A DNA stretch of 38,252 nt from Actinomycetes bacterium (GTDB lineage: Bacteria > Planctomycetota > Phycisphaerae > JAACET01), in NCBI GenBank assembly GCA_030631725.1, contig DAOVKO010000001.1, forward strand, positions 1-38,252. The letters are read 5' to 3'. Of this stretch, positions 1 to 8,101 are shown one piece after another (within the stretch, counting starts at the first letter, position 1; each line of letters opens with the position of its first letter). The translations under genes and the position numbers were made by a program. Under the pieces are notes generated by a model that was given only the letters and a program-made list of their open reading frames with translations, ran no database searches and was not told the DNA's origin.

Positions 1-3
1 AAA

Positions 4-879
4 ATGCAAATCCGGCATGCGGTGGCGGCAGGTAGTTTCTACGAGGCTGGCGAAGAGGCTTGCCGGGCGAGTCTGGCTAAGTGCATTCCGGAAAGAATCG
101 ACTCGGTGGAATTGCCCGAGCGGATTGTGGCGGGCATCGTGCCCCACGCCGGCTGGATATTCAGCGGGCAAGTGGCTGGGCAGGTCTTTGCCGGTATCGC
201 TCAGCATGGCGAGCCGGAAGTGTTCGTTCTGTTCGGGGCGATGCACCGGAGCATGACTCAGCTGGGGGGAATGTTTGCCGACGGGGCCTGGCGGACGCCG
301 CTGGGTGATGCCCTGGTTGATGAGCGACTAGCTGAGCGAATTCTGGGCGGGACCAATCTGATTGAACGCAACGCCAGAGTCCACGCGGACGAACACTCGC
401 TGGAGGTAATCGTTCCTTTTATTCAATATCTGTTCGGCCGGGTTAAGATCTTGCCGATAGCTGTGCCGCCGGTGGGCGAGGCTCACGAGATCGGCCAGGC
501 CGTGGGCAGAATACTTGCCGCAGAGCAGACACCGGCCGTGTGTATCGGCTCGACGGATCTTACCCACTATGGTCCGGGTTACGGCTTTGCTCCCCAGGGG
601 GCGGGGCAGGAGGGTATCATCTGGGCCAAGGATGTCAACGACCGGAGCATCATCGATCTGATTTGTGGCCTGGAGTCCCAGAAAATAGTAGCCGAGGCCG
701 AGTTGCACAGAAATGCCTGCGGGGCTGGGGCGGTGGCGGCCACCATCGGTGCTGCGGTCCAAATGGGGGCAGAGCGAGCCAAGCTGCTCAGCCACATCAG
801 CAGTGCCGAGGCCAGCGAGAGGCTCTGGGGCCAAAAGAGCACCGAATCGGTCGGGTATGCGGGCATCGTTTTCGGCTAG
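4..879 (+). CDS. AmmeMemoRadiSam system protein B (MEMO1-like)
   Basis: 291-aa ORF. N-terminus MQIRHAVAAGSFYE plus HAGWIFSG and GSTDLTHYGP motifs are typical of the MEMO/AmmeMemoRadiSam-B family. The ATG is at position 4, so any partner genes would lie upstream of the window. Confidence 0.8.
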   Translation: MQIRHAVAAGSFYEAGEEACRASLAKCIPERIDSVELPERIVAGIVPHAGWIFSGQVAGQVFAGIAQHGEPEVFVLFGAMHRSMTQLGGMFADGAWRTPLGDALVDERLAERILGGTNLIERNARVHADEHSLEVIVPFIQYLFGRVKILPIAVPPVGEAHEIGQAVGRILAAEQTPAVCIGSTDLTHYGPGYGFAPQGAGQEGIIWAKDVNDRSIIDLICGLESQKIVAEAELHRNACGAGAVAATIGAAVQMGAERAKLLSHISSAEASERLWGQKSTESVGYAGIVFG

Positions 880-908
880 AAACCGCTGAAAAATGGCCGG
901 TTTTTTTT
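880..908 (+). terminator. weak intrinsic terminator after the MEMO-like gene
   Basis: AAACCG (880-885) pairs with CGGTTT (898-903) over a 12-nt loop and runs into a T8 tract (901-908). The stem is short and A/U rich. Confidence 0.4.
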
Positions 909-921
909 GTGGGTGGGGGTA

Positions 922-950
922 TTGCCAGGGTATTTCCAATCGTCTATAAT
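922..950 (+). promoter_or_regulatory. sigma70-type promoter for the corrinoid protein gene
   Basis: TTGCCA (922-927), 17-nt spacer, TATAAT (945-950). It lies about 80 nt upstream of the ATG at 1033, which has a GGAGGA RBS. Confidence 0.55.
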
Positions 951-1032
951 GCCCGGCCACTAAATGTCCGGCCCGCGGCAGCAGTAGAGGCGGCCGGGAG
1001 AAGTTGTTACCCAACTAGTCGGAGGATGTTCC

Positions 1033-1662
1033 ATGGCTGATTTGAAGGGAATTGCAGAAGCGATCATCAAAGGTGATCGCGACACCACGGCAGCGAAGGT
1101 CGAAGAAGCGATAAAGGAAAAGGTTCCGGCCGAGCAGATCCTCAACGAGGGACTGATGGCGGGGATGAGCGTTATAGGCGAGCGATTCAAGAAAAACGAG
1201 GTCTATGTGCCGGAAGTTTTGATCGCAGCCCGGGCCATGAAGGCCGGCATGGAGCTGCTTCAGCCGCTGCTGAGCGAAGCGGGCGTTGAGCCGGTGGGCA
1301 GAGTGGTTCTGGGCACGGTCAAAGGCGATCTGCACGACATCGGCAAAAACCTGGTTCGGATGATGCTGCAAGGTGGTGGCTTTGAGGTAATCGACTGCGG
1401 TATCGACGTGGCGGCTGATGAATACATCGAGGCGATCAAGAAAAGTGGGGCCAAGATTCTGGCGATGTCGGCTTTGTTGACTACGACCATGCCTCAAATG
1501 GCCGAGGTGGTCAAGGCCGTCAAAGAGGCGGGGATGGATGATATTAAGACTATGATCGGCGGGGCACCGGTAACTCAGGCCTACGCTGACGAGATCGGGG
1601 CTGACGGTTATGCCGCCGACGCAGCCAGCGCCGTGGACGCAGCCAAGGAGCTTAGCGCCTAG
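1033..1662 (+). CDS. B12-binding corrinoid protein (methyltransferase cognate corrinoid protein type)
   Basis: 209 aa. Helical N-terminal cap followed by a Rossmann B12-binding domain with the DxHxxG motif (GDLHDIGKN) and MSALLTTTM. Length and layout match MtbC/MtmC-like corrinoid proteins. Confidence 0.85.
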   Translation: MADLKGIAEAIIKGDRDTTAAKVEEAIKEKVPAEQILNEGLMAGMSVIGERFKKNEVYVPEVLIAARAMKAGMELLQPLLSEAGVEPVGRVVLGTVKGDLHDIGKNLVRMMLQGGGFEVIDCGIDVAADEYIEAIKKSGAKILAMSALLTTTMPQMAEVVKAVKEAGMDDIKTMIGGAPVTQAYADEIGADGYAADAASAVDAAKELSA

Positions 1663-1779
1663 GTCTGGCAACTAATCATAGCCAGTTTTACTGGACTAGT
1701 TATAATGGGCCTCGGTTATATATGTGCCGGGGCCCTTGCTTTTTGGCGGGATTTGTTTTATCGCTTGGGAGCCGAAGGC

Positions 1780-2793
1780 ATGAATCCTCGTAAAGGCAAC
1801 AGTCTGGATGAAGCTGCGAGCGACGAATCCACGTTGGTGCGGATCGAGGTCAGAAGAAGCCTCTCTGGTAAGAGGCTGGACAAGTACCTGCACGGTCGTT
1901 TGGCCAAGTTCAGCCGTACGGCTCTGCAGCGGCTGATCAAGGACGGCAACGTACACGTTGACGGCCGGGCGGTCAAACCCAGCTACGAAATTCACGGCGG
2001 GGAAATAATCGAGGCCGTGGTCCCCCCGTCCGAGCCTGCGGAAATTCAAGGCGAAGACATCCCGCTGGACATAATTTGGGAAGATGAGCATCTGATCGCT
2101 TTGAACAAACAGGCGGGCATCGTGGTGCACCCAGCCCGGGGGATCGGCTCGGGCACGCTGGTCAACGCCCTGGTCTATTACGCCGAGTCGCTTTCGGCGG
2201 GCTCGGCAAAGTTTCGTCCGGGCATCGTACACCGGCTGGACAGGGACACCACGGGCGTTATGCTGGTGGCCAAGAGCGACCAGGCCCACTGGCGCATGGC
2301 TCAGCAGTTCGAGCAGCGCAAGGTCCGCAAAACCTATCTGGCGGTGGCCGAGAGAGAAATGGAGCTGCTGGCTGACCTTATCGATCTTCCTTTGGGTATG
2401 CATCCGGTATTTCGCGATCGCTGTGCGGTGCGCGCGGTCAGCGGCAAGGAAGCCCAGACCTTTTACGAAGTTCTAGAGAAGTTTCACGGCTACAGTCTCT
2501 TGGCCTTGAAGCCCCGCACGGGGCGGACCCATCAGCTCCGGGTGCACCTGAGCCATCTCAAACATCCGCTGGTGGGGGACCGGGTTTACGGCGGGGCCCT
2601 GGTGAGCTTGGCGGATTTGTCCGGCGATCGGTCGCTGCCGGGCGAGCCGATTATCGACCGCCAGGCCCTACACGCCTGGAAGATAGCGTTTGCTCATCCG
2701 ATCAGCGGCAAGCAGATGCAGTTGGAGGCCCCTTGGCCGGAAGACCTCCGCCAACTGGTCGAGGCCCTGAGGCAATACCGCCAGCCGAACTGA
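1780..2793 (+). CDS. rluD: RluA-family 23S rRNA pseudouridine synthase (RluD-like)
   Basis: S4-like N-terminal domain (RLDKYL...SRTALQRLIKDGNVHVDG) and the catalytic motif HRLDRDTTGVMLVAKS. The track ORF starts at 1705. ATG 1780 is preferred because GAAGG sits 2-6 nt upstream and the homology begins there. Confidence 0.85.
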   Translation: MNPRKGNSLDEAASDESTLVRIEVRRSLSGKRLDKYLHGRLAKFSRTALQRLIKDGNVHVDGRAVKPSYEIHGGEIIEAVVPPSEPAEIQGEDIPLDIIWEDEHLIALNKQAGIVVHPARGIGSGTLVNALVYYAESLSAGSAKFRPGIVHRLDRDTTGVMLVAKSDQAHWRMAQQFEQRKVRKTYLAVAEREMELLADLIDLPLGMHPVFRDRCAVRAVSGKEAQTFYEVLEKFHGYSLLALKPRTGRTHQLRVHLSHLKHPLVGDRVYGGALVSLADLSGDRSLPGEPIIDRQALHAWKIAFAHPISGKQMQLEAPWPEDLRQLVEALRQYRQPN

Positions 2794-2814
2794 GCCGCGG
2801 TGCCCTTCTCGGCG

Positions 2815-2844
2815 TTGACATTTGCGATGCTGGGGGGATATAAT
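2815..2844 (+). promoter_or_regulatory. sigma70-type promoter for tatA
   Basis: TTGACA (2815-2820), 18-nt spacer, TATAAT (2839-2844). It lies about 45 nt upstream of tatA, which has an AAGGAGG RBS. Confidence 0.55.
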
Positions 2845-2889
2845 GCTATGCGGTTGGCAGGACAGCAAGGAAATTAAGGAGGACTGAAC

Positions 2890-3114
2890 ATGTTCGAAGT
2901 CCCCACAGTATTGGGTCTGCTGGGCTGGCATGAAATGCTTCTCATCGGCCTTGTGGCGGTTCTACTATTTGGCCGGCGCTTGCCGGACGTGGGCCGATCT
3001 CTGGGACGAGGCATCGTCGAGCTAAAGAAAGGCCTGCGGGGCGTAGCCGACGAGATCGAATCAACCGGCCAGGAAGAGCAGAGCAAATCCAAGACCGACG
3101 ACGAGAAGATTTGA
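2890..3114 (+). CDS. tatA: twin-arginine translocase subunit TatA/E
   Basis: 74 aa. One N-terminal TM helix followed by an amphipathic helix (LLIGLVAVLLFGRRLPDVGRSLGRGIVELKKGL) and an acidic tail. Strong RBS. Confidence 0.85.
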   Translation: MFEVPTVLGLLGWHEMLLIGLVAVLLFGRRLPDVGRSLGRGIVELKKGLRGVADEIESTGQEEQSKSKTDDEKI

Positions 3115-3126
3115 ACCGTCTTTAGC

Positions 3127-3200
3127 GGTCGCTTGGCTCAGTTGGCTAGAGCGCCTGGATCACACCCAGGAGGTCGCAGGTTCGAGTCCTGCAGCGACCA
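3127..3200 (+). tRNA. tRNA-Val (anticodon CAC)
   Basis: Hand-folded cloverleaf: acceptor GGTCGCT/AGCGACC, D arm GCTC-AGTTGGCTA-GAGC, anticodon stem CCTGG/CCAGG with loop AUCACAC, T arm GCAGG-TTCGAGT-CCTGC, discriminator A. 74 nt, CCA not encoded. Confidence 0.9.
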
Positions 3201-3359
3201 TTATCACAATCCCATATACCACAAATTGTTATATTGGATTTTTCTTTGAATAAAAAGCAATTACCGAATTATCATTATTTTTATTATAAGTTTGCATTCT
3301 TGGGTATCCTCAAGCTTACTTATCACCTTATACTGCGCGGGTGGATTTTTACACGCGCT

Positions 3360-3512
3360 ATGGCAATTAATGACGCTGGCTGGATTGTTGGTCGGGGCTC
3401 CAATCCAGATGGCAAGCAACATGCTTTCCTACTCATCCCCGAATCTAGCACGCTGGGCTTGGTCCTGCTCGGTGGTTTGCTGAGCCTGCGGGGCAGGCGA
3501 AAATTGGCCTAG
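3360..3512 (+). pseudogene. C-terminal stub of a HAF-repeat / PEP-CTERM surface protein
   Basis: Only the last ~50 codons of the 92-aa track ORF look protein-like. They read INDAGWIVG...GKQHAFLL (one HAF-type repeat), then PES + hydrophobic stretch + RGRRK (PEP-CTERM-type anchor). There is no signal peptide, and the upstream part is AT-rich junk. Confidence 0.5.
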
Positions 3513-3515
3513 TCC

Positions 3516-3532
3516 GTCATTCCCGCGCAGGG
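3516..3532. repeat. partial copy of dispersed REP-like repeat (GTCATTCCCGCG module)
   Basis: GTCATTCCCGCGCAGGG matches the first module of the repeats at 6144-6233 and 17977-18093. Confidence 0.45.
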
Positions 3533-3589
3533 CTGACATAGAAGCGGCAAACGCTGGTTGGGAGGCGGTGTTGCTGTTATGATGGGGAC

Positions 3590-5281
3590 ATGTCCGTAAC
3601 AGAAAAGAAACCCGGCGGATTTGTAGGTAAGGCTAAGCTGATAGCTGCGGCTACGGTTCTTTCGCGGGTACTGGGTGTGTTGCGGGAGACGGTCTTTAGC
3701 CATGTGTTCGGTATCGACACGGCCATGGGCAGCTTCGCCGTGGCGTATATGATCCCCAATCTGTTTCGACGGCTGTTCGGAGAGGGGGCTCTTTCGGCGG
3801 CGTTCATTCCGGTGTATTCCGAGACTATGGAGTCGGGAGATAAGGAGCTGAGCCAACGTCTGGGCAGAGCTACGCTTTGGCTTTTGGTAGTAACCTTGGC
3901 GGGGGTGGTTCTGGTTGGTGAAGCGATAATCCTCGGGCTGGGTTGGTTCTTCGGGGATAATCCACACACGGCTTTAACGCTGATACTGGCGGCGATGGTC
4001 TTGCCTTACGTGGTTTTGATCTGCCTAGTGGCTCTGATGGGGGGGATGCTGAACGCGAGGTATCATTTTTCGTGCCCGGCTTTGGCACCCGTGGTACTGA
4101 ACGTGTTCTTGATAATAGCAGGGATCTGGGGTACGGGTCTGCTTGGCGAGGACAAATCTCGCCAGATATTCGCCATCGCTGCTGGAGTCCTTGTAGGCGG
4201 AGTTGCTCAACTGACTCTGGTGCTGGTGCCGCTAAAGCGAATGGGGGTTTCGCTGGGCTGGATGTGGCAGCCGCAGATGGAGCAGATCAAGCGGATTATC
4301 AAGCTGACCGGGCCGATGGTGCTGGGGCTGGCGGTGCTGCAGGTGAATGCCTTGATGGATTATCTGCTGGCGAGTTGGCTTTCCGGCGAACCGAGTGAGA
4401 TACTTTTACAGCTCGGCTCTTGGAAGATACCGTATCCGGAAGAAACTGGGGCGGTGTCGGTTTTGTATTATGCTCAGCGGCTGTACAACATGCCGCTGGG
4501 GGTGTTCGGGATAGCGTTGGCTACGGCAATCTTTCCCTACTTCGCTGCTTGCGCAGGGCGCAAGGATCACGCGGGGCTTATCAAGACACTTCTGAAGGGT
4601 TTGCGGTTAGTGGCCTTCATAGGAATCGCCGCGACGGTAGGGCTGATAATCATTAGCCAACCGGTGGTGGAGTTTATTCTCGGCGGAGGACTCTCCGGGC
4701 TCTTCGGTTTTGGCCCGGGAGAATTCGGCGCCCTGGACGTACAGCGAGTTAACAAGACGTTGATCTTCTACTGTTTGGGTATTTGGGCATATTGCGGGGT
4801 GCACGTAGTGGTCAGGGGTTTTTATGCCCTGCAGGATACGCTCACGCCGGTGAAGGTTGGCGTATGGTTGGTAGCTCTGAATATCCCTTTGAATTTGATT
4901 TTGATTTGGCCTTTGGGCACGGGAGGCTTGGCCCTTTCGACGGCGATATGTGCGGCCCTGAATTTGGCGATATTGACTCGCCTGCTTAGCAGAAAAATCG
5001 AGAAGTTGCCGGTGAGCGCCGAACACGCCGATAAAGTTCAAGCGCACCAACCGCTGCGAGAAGTAGCTGCTGCTTTGCCGAAGATAATCCTGGCTACGGC
5101 CCTGATGGGGGCGGCGGCTTACGGGGCCCTGGTGGTTACGACGCGGTGGGTGGGGTCAGGCGTAGGCCAGTCGGGTGTGCGGCTGGGGGCGGCGGTGTTG
5201 GCTGGGGTAGTGGTGTATTATCTTGCGGCGCGGCTGCTGGGCTGCAAAGAACTCGATGAACTTCTGGGTAGAGATTCTTGA
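3590..5281 (+). CDS. murJ: lipid II flippase MurJ (MviN)
   Basis: 563 aa and polytopic. The N-terminus AATVLSRVLGVLRETVFSHVFGIDTAMGSFAVAYMIPNLFRRLFGEGALSAAFIPVY is the classic MurJ signature. Confidence 0.9.
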   Translation: MSVTEKKPGGFVGKAKLIAAATVLSRVLGVLRETVFSHVFGIDTAMGSFAVAYMIPNLFRRLFGEGALSAAFIPVYSETMESGDKELSQRLGRATLWLLVVTLAGVVLVGEAIILGLGWFFGDNPHTALTLILAAMVLPYVVLICLVALMGGMLNARYHFSCPALAPVVLNVFLIIAGIWGTGLLGEDKSRQIFAIAAGVLVGGVAQLTLVLVPLKRMGVSLGWMWQPQMEQIKRIIKLTGPMVLGLAVLQVNALMDYLLASWLSGEPSEILLQLGSWKIPYPEETGAVSVLYYAQRLYNMPLGVFGIALATAIFPYFAACAGRKDHAGLIKTLLKGLRLVAFIGIAATVGLIIISQPVVEFILGGGLSGLFGFGPGEFGALDVQRVNKTLIFYCLGIWAYCGVHVVVRGFYALQDTLTPVKVGVWLVALNIPLNLILIWPLGTGGLALSTAICAALNLAILTRLLSRKIEKLPVSAEHADKVQAHQPLREVAAALPKIILATALMGAAAYGALVVTTRWVGSGVGQSGVRLGAAVLAGVVVYYLAARLLGCKELDELLGRDS

Positions 5282-5357
5282 CGAAAACCCGGCGAGAAGG
5301 GACAATGCCCGCTAAGGACGGACGCTCGTTCAAGTAAAATTACGCGAGGTGCACAAA

Positions 5358-6128
5358 ATGACAGACGGCAGACGCAGCGATATACATTCCAGAGATACCT
5401 GGAGAATATTCAGGTACCTATCGGAGTTCGTCGAATCTTTCGATTTACTGGGCGATATAGGCCCGGCGGTGACCATATTCGGCTCGGCACGGGTCAAGCC
5501 GACAAGTCCGTTCTATAAATTGGCCCGGACCACAGCCGGGGCGATGGCCAAGGCGGGCTACGCTGTGATAACCGGCGGCGGGCCCGGCATCATGGAGGCG
5601 GCTAATCGGGGGGCCTTTGAGGCTGGGGGCAAGAGCATCGGACTGAATATCTCTTTGCCGCAAGAGCAAGTGGCTAATCAGTATCAAACCTTGTCGATGA
5701 ACTTTCACTACTTCTTTGCCAGGAAGGTGACGTTTATTAAATATGCCACAGCCATCGTCTGCTTCCCCGGGGGGTTTGGGACCATGGATGAGTTCTTTGA
5801 ATCCATGACCCTGATGCAGACTCTGAAGGTGGATCGCTATCCGCTGATCCTGATGGGCTCGGAGTTCTGGAAGGATTTGCTGAGCTGGATTGAGGATAAG
5901 ATGCTGGGGCAGTACCGGCACGTTTCGACATCGGACCTGGAGATTTACAAGTTCACCGACGATCCGGCCCAGGCCGTGCAGATCGTACAGGATTACCAGC
6001 GGGCCCAAGAGGAAATACTGGCCCGCGAAGCGGCCGCGGCGATACCTTATGCCGAGCAGTTGACAGCCGAGGGCACGCGGCAGGGCATGCCTGTATCGGT
6101 GCCGCCACTTGGCAAACGCAAACGCTAA
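5358..6128 (+). CDS. LOG family / TIGR00730 Rossmann-fold nucleotide-binding protein
   Basis: Motifs GGGPGIMEAANRGA and PGGFGTMDEFFE. ATG 5358 has GAGG about 7 nt upstream. The track ORF begins at GTG 5349. Confidence 0.85.
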   Translation: MTDGRRSDIHSRDTWRIFRYLSEFVESFDLLGDIGPAVTIFGSARVKPTSPFYKLARTTAGAMAKAGYAVITGGGPGIMEAANRGAFEAGGKSIGLNISLPQEQVANQYQTLSMNFHYFFARKVTFIKYATAIVCFPGGFGTMDEFFESMTLMQTLKVDRYPLILMGSEFWKDLLSWIEDKMLGQYRHVSTSDLEIYKFTDDPAQAVQIVQDYQRAQEEILAREAAAAIPYAEQLTAEGTRQGMPVSVPPLGKRKR

Positions 6129-6143
6129 TAGATATCACAACCC

Positions 6144-6233
6144 GTCATTCCCGCGAAAGCGGGCTTATCACCGCTTTGGCGGTAATCCAGGAAATCAAAA
6201 AGCAAGATGGATCCCCGCCTGCGCGGGGATGAC
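6144..6233. repeat. composite REP-like repeat, copy A
   Basis: Two hairpin modules: CCCGC-GAAA-GCGGG and ATCCCCGC-CTGC-GCGGGGAT. They are joined by ATCACCGCTTTGGCGGTAATCCAGG. Alignable to 17977-18093. Confidence 0.7.
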
Positions 6234-6259
6234 AACAAAAATCGGTCGGTTTGAGTAGT

Positions 6260-6574
6260 TTATCGCTTTGCTTTCTCAACGGCTTCAAGCAGTTTTTGCA
6301 TTGAATCGAGATAGCCTGCCAGGGCTTTTCTTCCCATTGCCGTCAACTGATAAGTCGTTTTGGGTCGTCGGCCCACAAAGGCCTTTTTACTTTTGATGTA
6401 CCCTTTTTCCTCAAGTTTTTGCAGGTGTACGCCCAGGCTGCCATCGGTTACCTCCAGACGTTTTTTCAGGGTGGTGAAGTCGAGCTTGCCGTCTATTTGC
6501 AAGGCAGTCATTGCCCCCAGCCGTACGGGGCCGTGAACGGCTGTGTCGAGGCCATTAAAGTCAATGGGCATCAT
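6260..6574 (-). CDS. winged-helix transcriptional regulator (HTH_34-like)
   Basis: 104 aa. LDTAVHGPVRLGAMTAL...FTTLKKRLEVTDGSLGVHLQKLEEKGYIKSKKAFVGRRPKTTYQLTAMGRKA follows the wHTH pattern. Its ATG overlaps the stop of the upstream membrane gene (ATGA). Confidence 0.75.
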   Translation of the reverse strand: MMPIDFNGLDTAVHGPVRLGAMTALQIDGKLDFTTLKKRLEVTDGSLGVHLQKLEEKGYIKSKKAFVGRRPKTTYQLTAMGRKALAGYLDSMQKLLEAVEKAKR

Positions 6575-7176
6575 TTCGCTGTCCCGCTGTGTTTGAGCTG
6601 GTACATCATGATAAGAGCCGTGGCCGGGCCAGCCACAACCAACATTATACAGCCATTCCTAATAACCGCATCGGCAGTTGGCCAGACGGCCATGGAAATG
6701 CCAAAAAGTATGCCCGGAATACCACTGCCTAGGTACGATATTCTTTGCTTCCCCTGAAAAGCCATCAGCGTAACCATTAAGCCGCCCATGATCAGTACTC
6801 CGCTTCCCAAATAGGCTGTGTTAATGACTGTCCGTTTTACCCAGATCACAAAGACCGCTATGACTGCACCGATAATAATACTTCCATAGAAATTAATTCC
6901 GTACTCGCGACGTTTGATTGCTGAGCTTCCAGTACTGCGCCTGTGCTTGAATCTAAGATAGCCTAGAACAGCCAGCAGAAGTACGGCAGGCGCAACCATC
7001 ACATAGCGGGACGGCCTGTCGGCAATCAGCCAATAAGCCAAGAACCAAACGCCCAAGGCTGGGGGGGCAAAAAGATAGAGCCAAGCATAATCCCAGCCAA
7101 ATGGTAATCCGAGCCCAGCGGCCTCTTTGATCGTGTCGATATCTTCTTTGACCCGTTCAATCTCATTTACACTCAT
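6571..7176 (-). CDS. hypothetical polytopic membrane protein
   Basis: About 201 aa, with an N-terminal amphipathic segment and then about 6 hydrophobic helices. ATG 7176 has GGAGG about 8 nt upstream. Translationally coupled to the wHTH gene. No family recognised. Confidence 0.6.
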   Translation of the reverse strand: MSVNEIERVKEDIDTIKEAAGLGLPFGWDYAWLYLFAPPALGVWFLAYWLIADRPSRYVMVAPAVLLLAVLGYLRFKHRRSTGSSAIKRREYGINFYGSIIIGAVIAVFVIWVKRTVINTAYLGSGVLIMGGLMVTLMAFQGKQRISYLGSGIPGILFGISMAVWPTADAVIRNGCIMLVVAGPATALIMMYQLKHSGTAK

Positions 7177-7223
7177 TTTTGCTACCTCCAAAGTCGGCCA
7201 ACCATATACTCAAAAACGCCAAT

Positions 7224-7259
7224 TACTCTATATTTTAGAGTATCGGCTGGATAAGTCAA
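7224..7259 (-). promoter_or_regulatory. promoter with overlapping palindromic operator for the membrane protein/wHTH operon
   Basis: On the minus strand: TTGACT (7254-7259), 16-nt spacer, TAAAAT (7232-7237). The palindrome TACTCTA-N5-TAGAGTA (7224-7242) covers the -10 box. Confidence 0.5.
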
Positions 7260-7365
7260 GCTGGTTTAGAGAAAAATTCTTGAAGAATCCCCCCCTAGTC
7301 TTTTGTGGCGGCTAAGTACTTTACTAGAAGCAAGTTGCGTGTTGCGTGCTTGACTATGGTGGCGC

Positions 7366-7776
7366 TCATTTTTCCGGGTGGGTTTCAGGCGGGAGGCGGT
7401 CCAAAACTAACTGATATACGTGCTGGGCGACGGTTAAGGCATCTTGAGCCTGTTTGATTGTTGGATCAGGTTCCTCGCATGGATAGCGAAAACGGACGGC
7501 ATACTCTGTCAGCGGCCCGGCAGAGCTACGGAACTTTTCAAACGACTTATCTTTGGTAGCGCAAACATTGATCAGGTATTCGATTTCATGCGACCACTCG
7601 AAATCAGTATCCTGGTAAACCAGAAATCCTTTGAGGCACTTTTCAACAGCCTGTTGACAGTGGAAGCAAACAGCCGCCGCTTCAGGCCGCTGCAAATCCA
7701 TGGCGACCTGGGCCACACTCAAGTCGGATTGAGCCCGCCGAAGCCACTGTTGGACCAATTCCAGTTCAGGCGGCAT
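7366..7776 (-). CDS. HEPN domain protein (toxin of an MNT/HEPN pair)
   Basis: 136 aa, helical. AQSDL..A......CFHCQQAVEKCLKGFL and AVRFRYP motifs are typical of PF05168-type HEPN. Overlaps the upstream MNT gene by 11 nt. Confidence 0.8.
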   Translation of the reverse strand: MPPELELVQQWLRRAQSDLSVAQVAMDLQRPEAAAVCFHCQQAVEKCLKGFLVYQDTDFEWSHEIEYLINVCATKDKSFEKFRSSAGPLTEYAVRFRYPCEEPDPTIKQAQDALTVAQHVYQLVLDRLPPETHPEK

Positions 7777-8101
7777 AGACTAGCCTCCCCTTGTGGGTTG
7801 CTTCGTAGGGCAATGAGAATTTAACCGGGGCCCATTTTTCCATGCTTTGCCGACGATAGAAGACCAGGTCCTTGGGCAGGGCAATGTCAGCCACGGCACT
7901 GTAGGCCTGTCCGGCCAATTCGTGCAAATCACCAGCATCGTCATCGACCACAATCAAGAGGTCCAGGTCGCTGTGCTCATGAGTTCTGCCGGTGGCCCGG
8001 GAGCCGAACAGGTAAATCTGCTGGGGATGCAGCACCTCGACCAGACGATCGACGATTTGCTGCACTATCTGCTCATCAATCTTCTTCAACATAGCAGACA
8101 T
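7766..8101 (-). CDS. minimal nucleotidyltransferase (MNT antitoxin partner of HEPN)
   Basis: Motif LFGSRATGRTHEHSDLDLLIVVDD (GSx10SDxD). ATG 8101 has GGGAG about 10 nt upstream. The track ORF extends to TTG 8128. Confidence 0.8.
   Translation of the reverse strand: MSAMLKKIDEQIVQQIVDRLVEVLHPQQIYLFGSRATGRTHEHSDLDLLIVVDDDAGDLHELAGQAYSAVADIALPKDLVFYRRQSMEKWAPVKFSLPYEATHKGRLVYAA

Noticed and set aside
951-1032. Possible cobalamin riboswitch ahead of the corrinoid protein gene. The leader contains GCCACT, which is reminiscent of the B12 box.
   Set aside because: Only about 80 nt lie between the predicted -10 and the ATG. That is too short for a cobalamin aptamer plus expression platform. I could not find the other conserved B12-riboswitch helices. 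Only a simple CCCGGCC/GGCCGGG hairpin is evident.
3234-3359. First 42 codons of the 92-aa ORF (MDFSLNKKQLPNYHYFYYKFAFLGILKL..)
   Set aside because: This stretch is AT-rich with a Tyr/Phe/Lys-biased composition unlike any other coding region here. It has no RBS and is most likely non-coding sequence read through into the PEP-CTERM stub.
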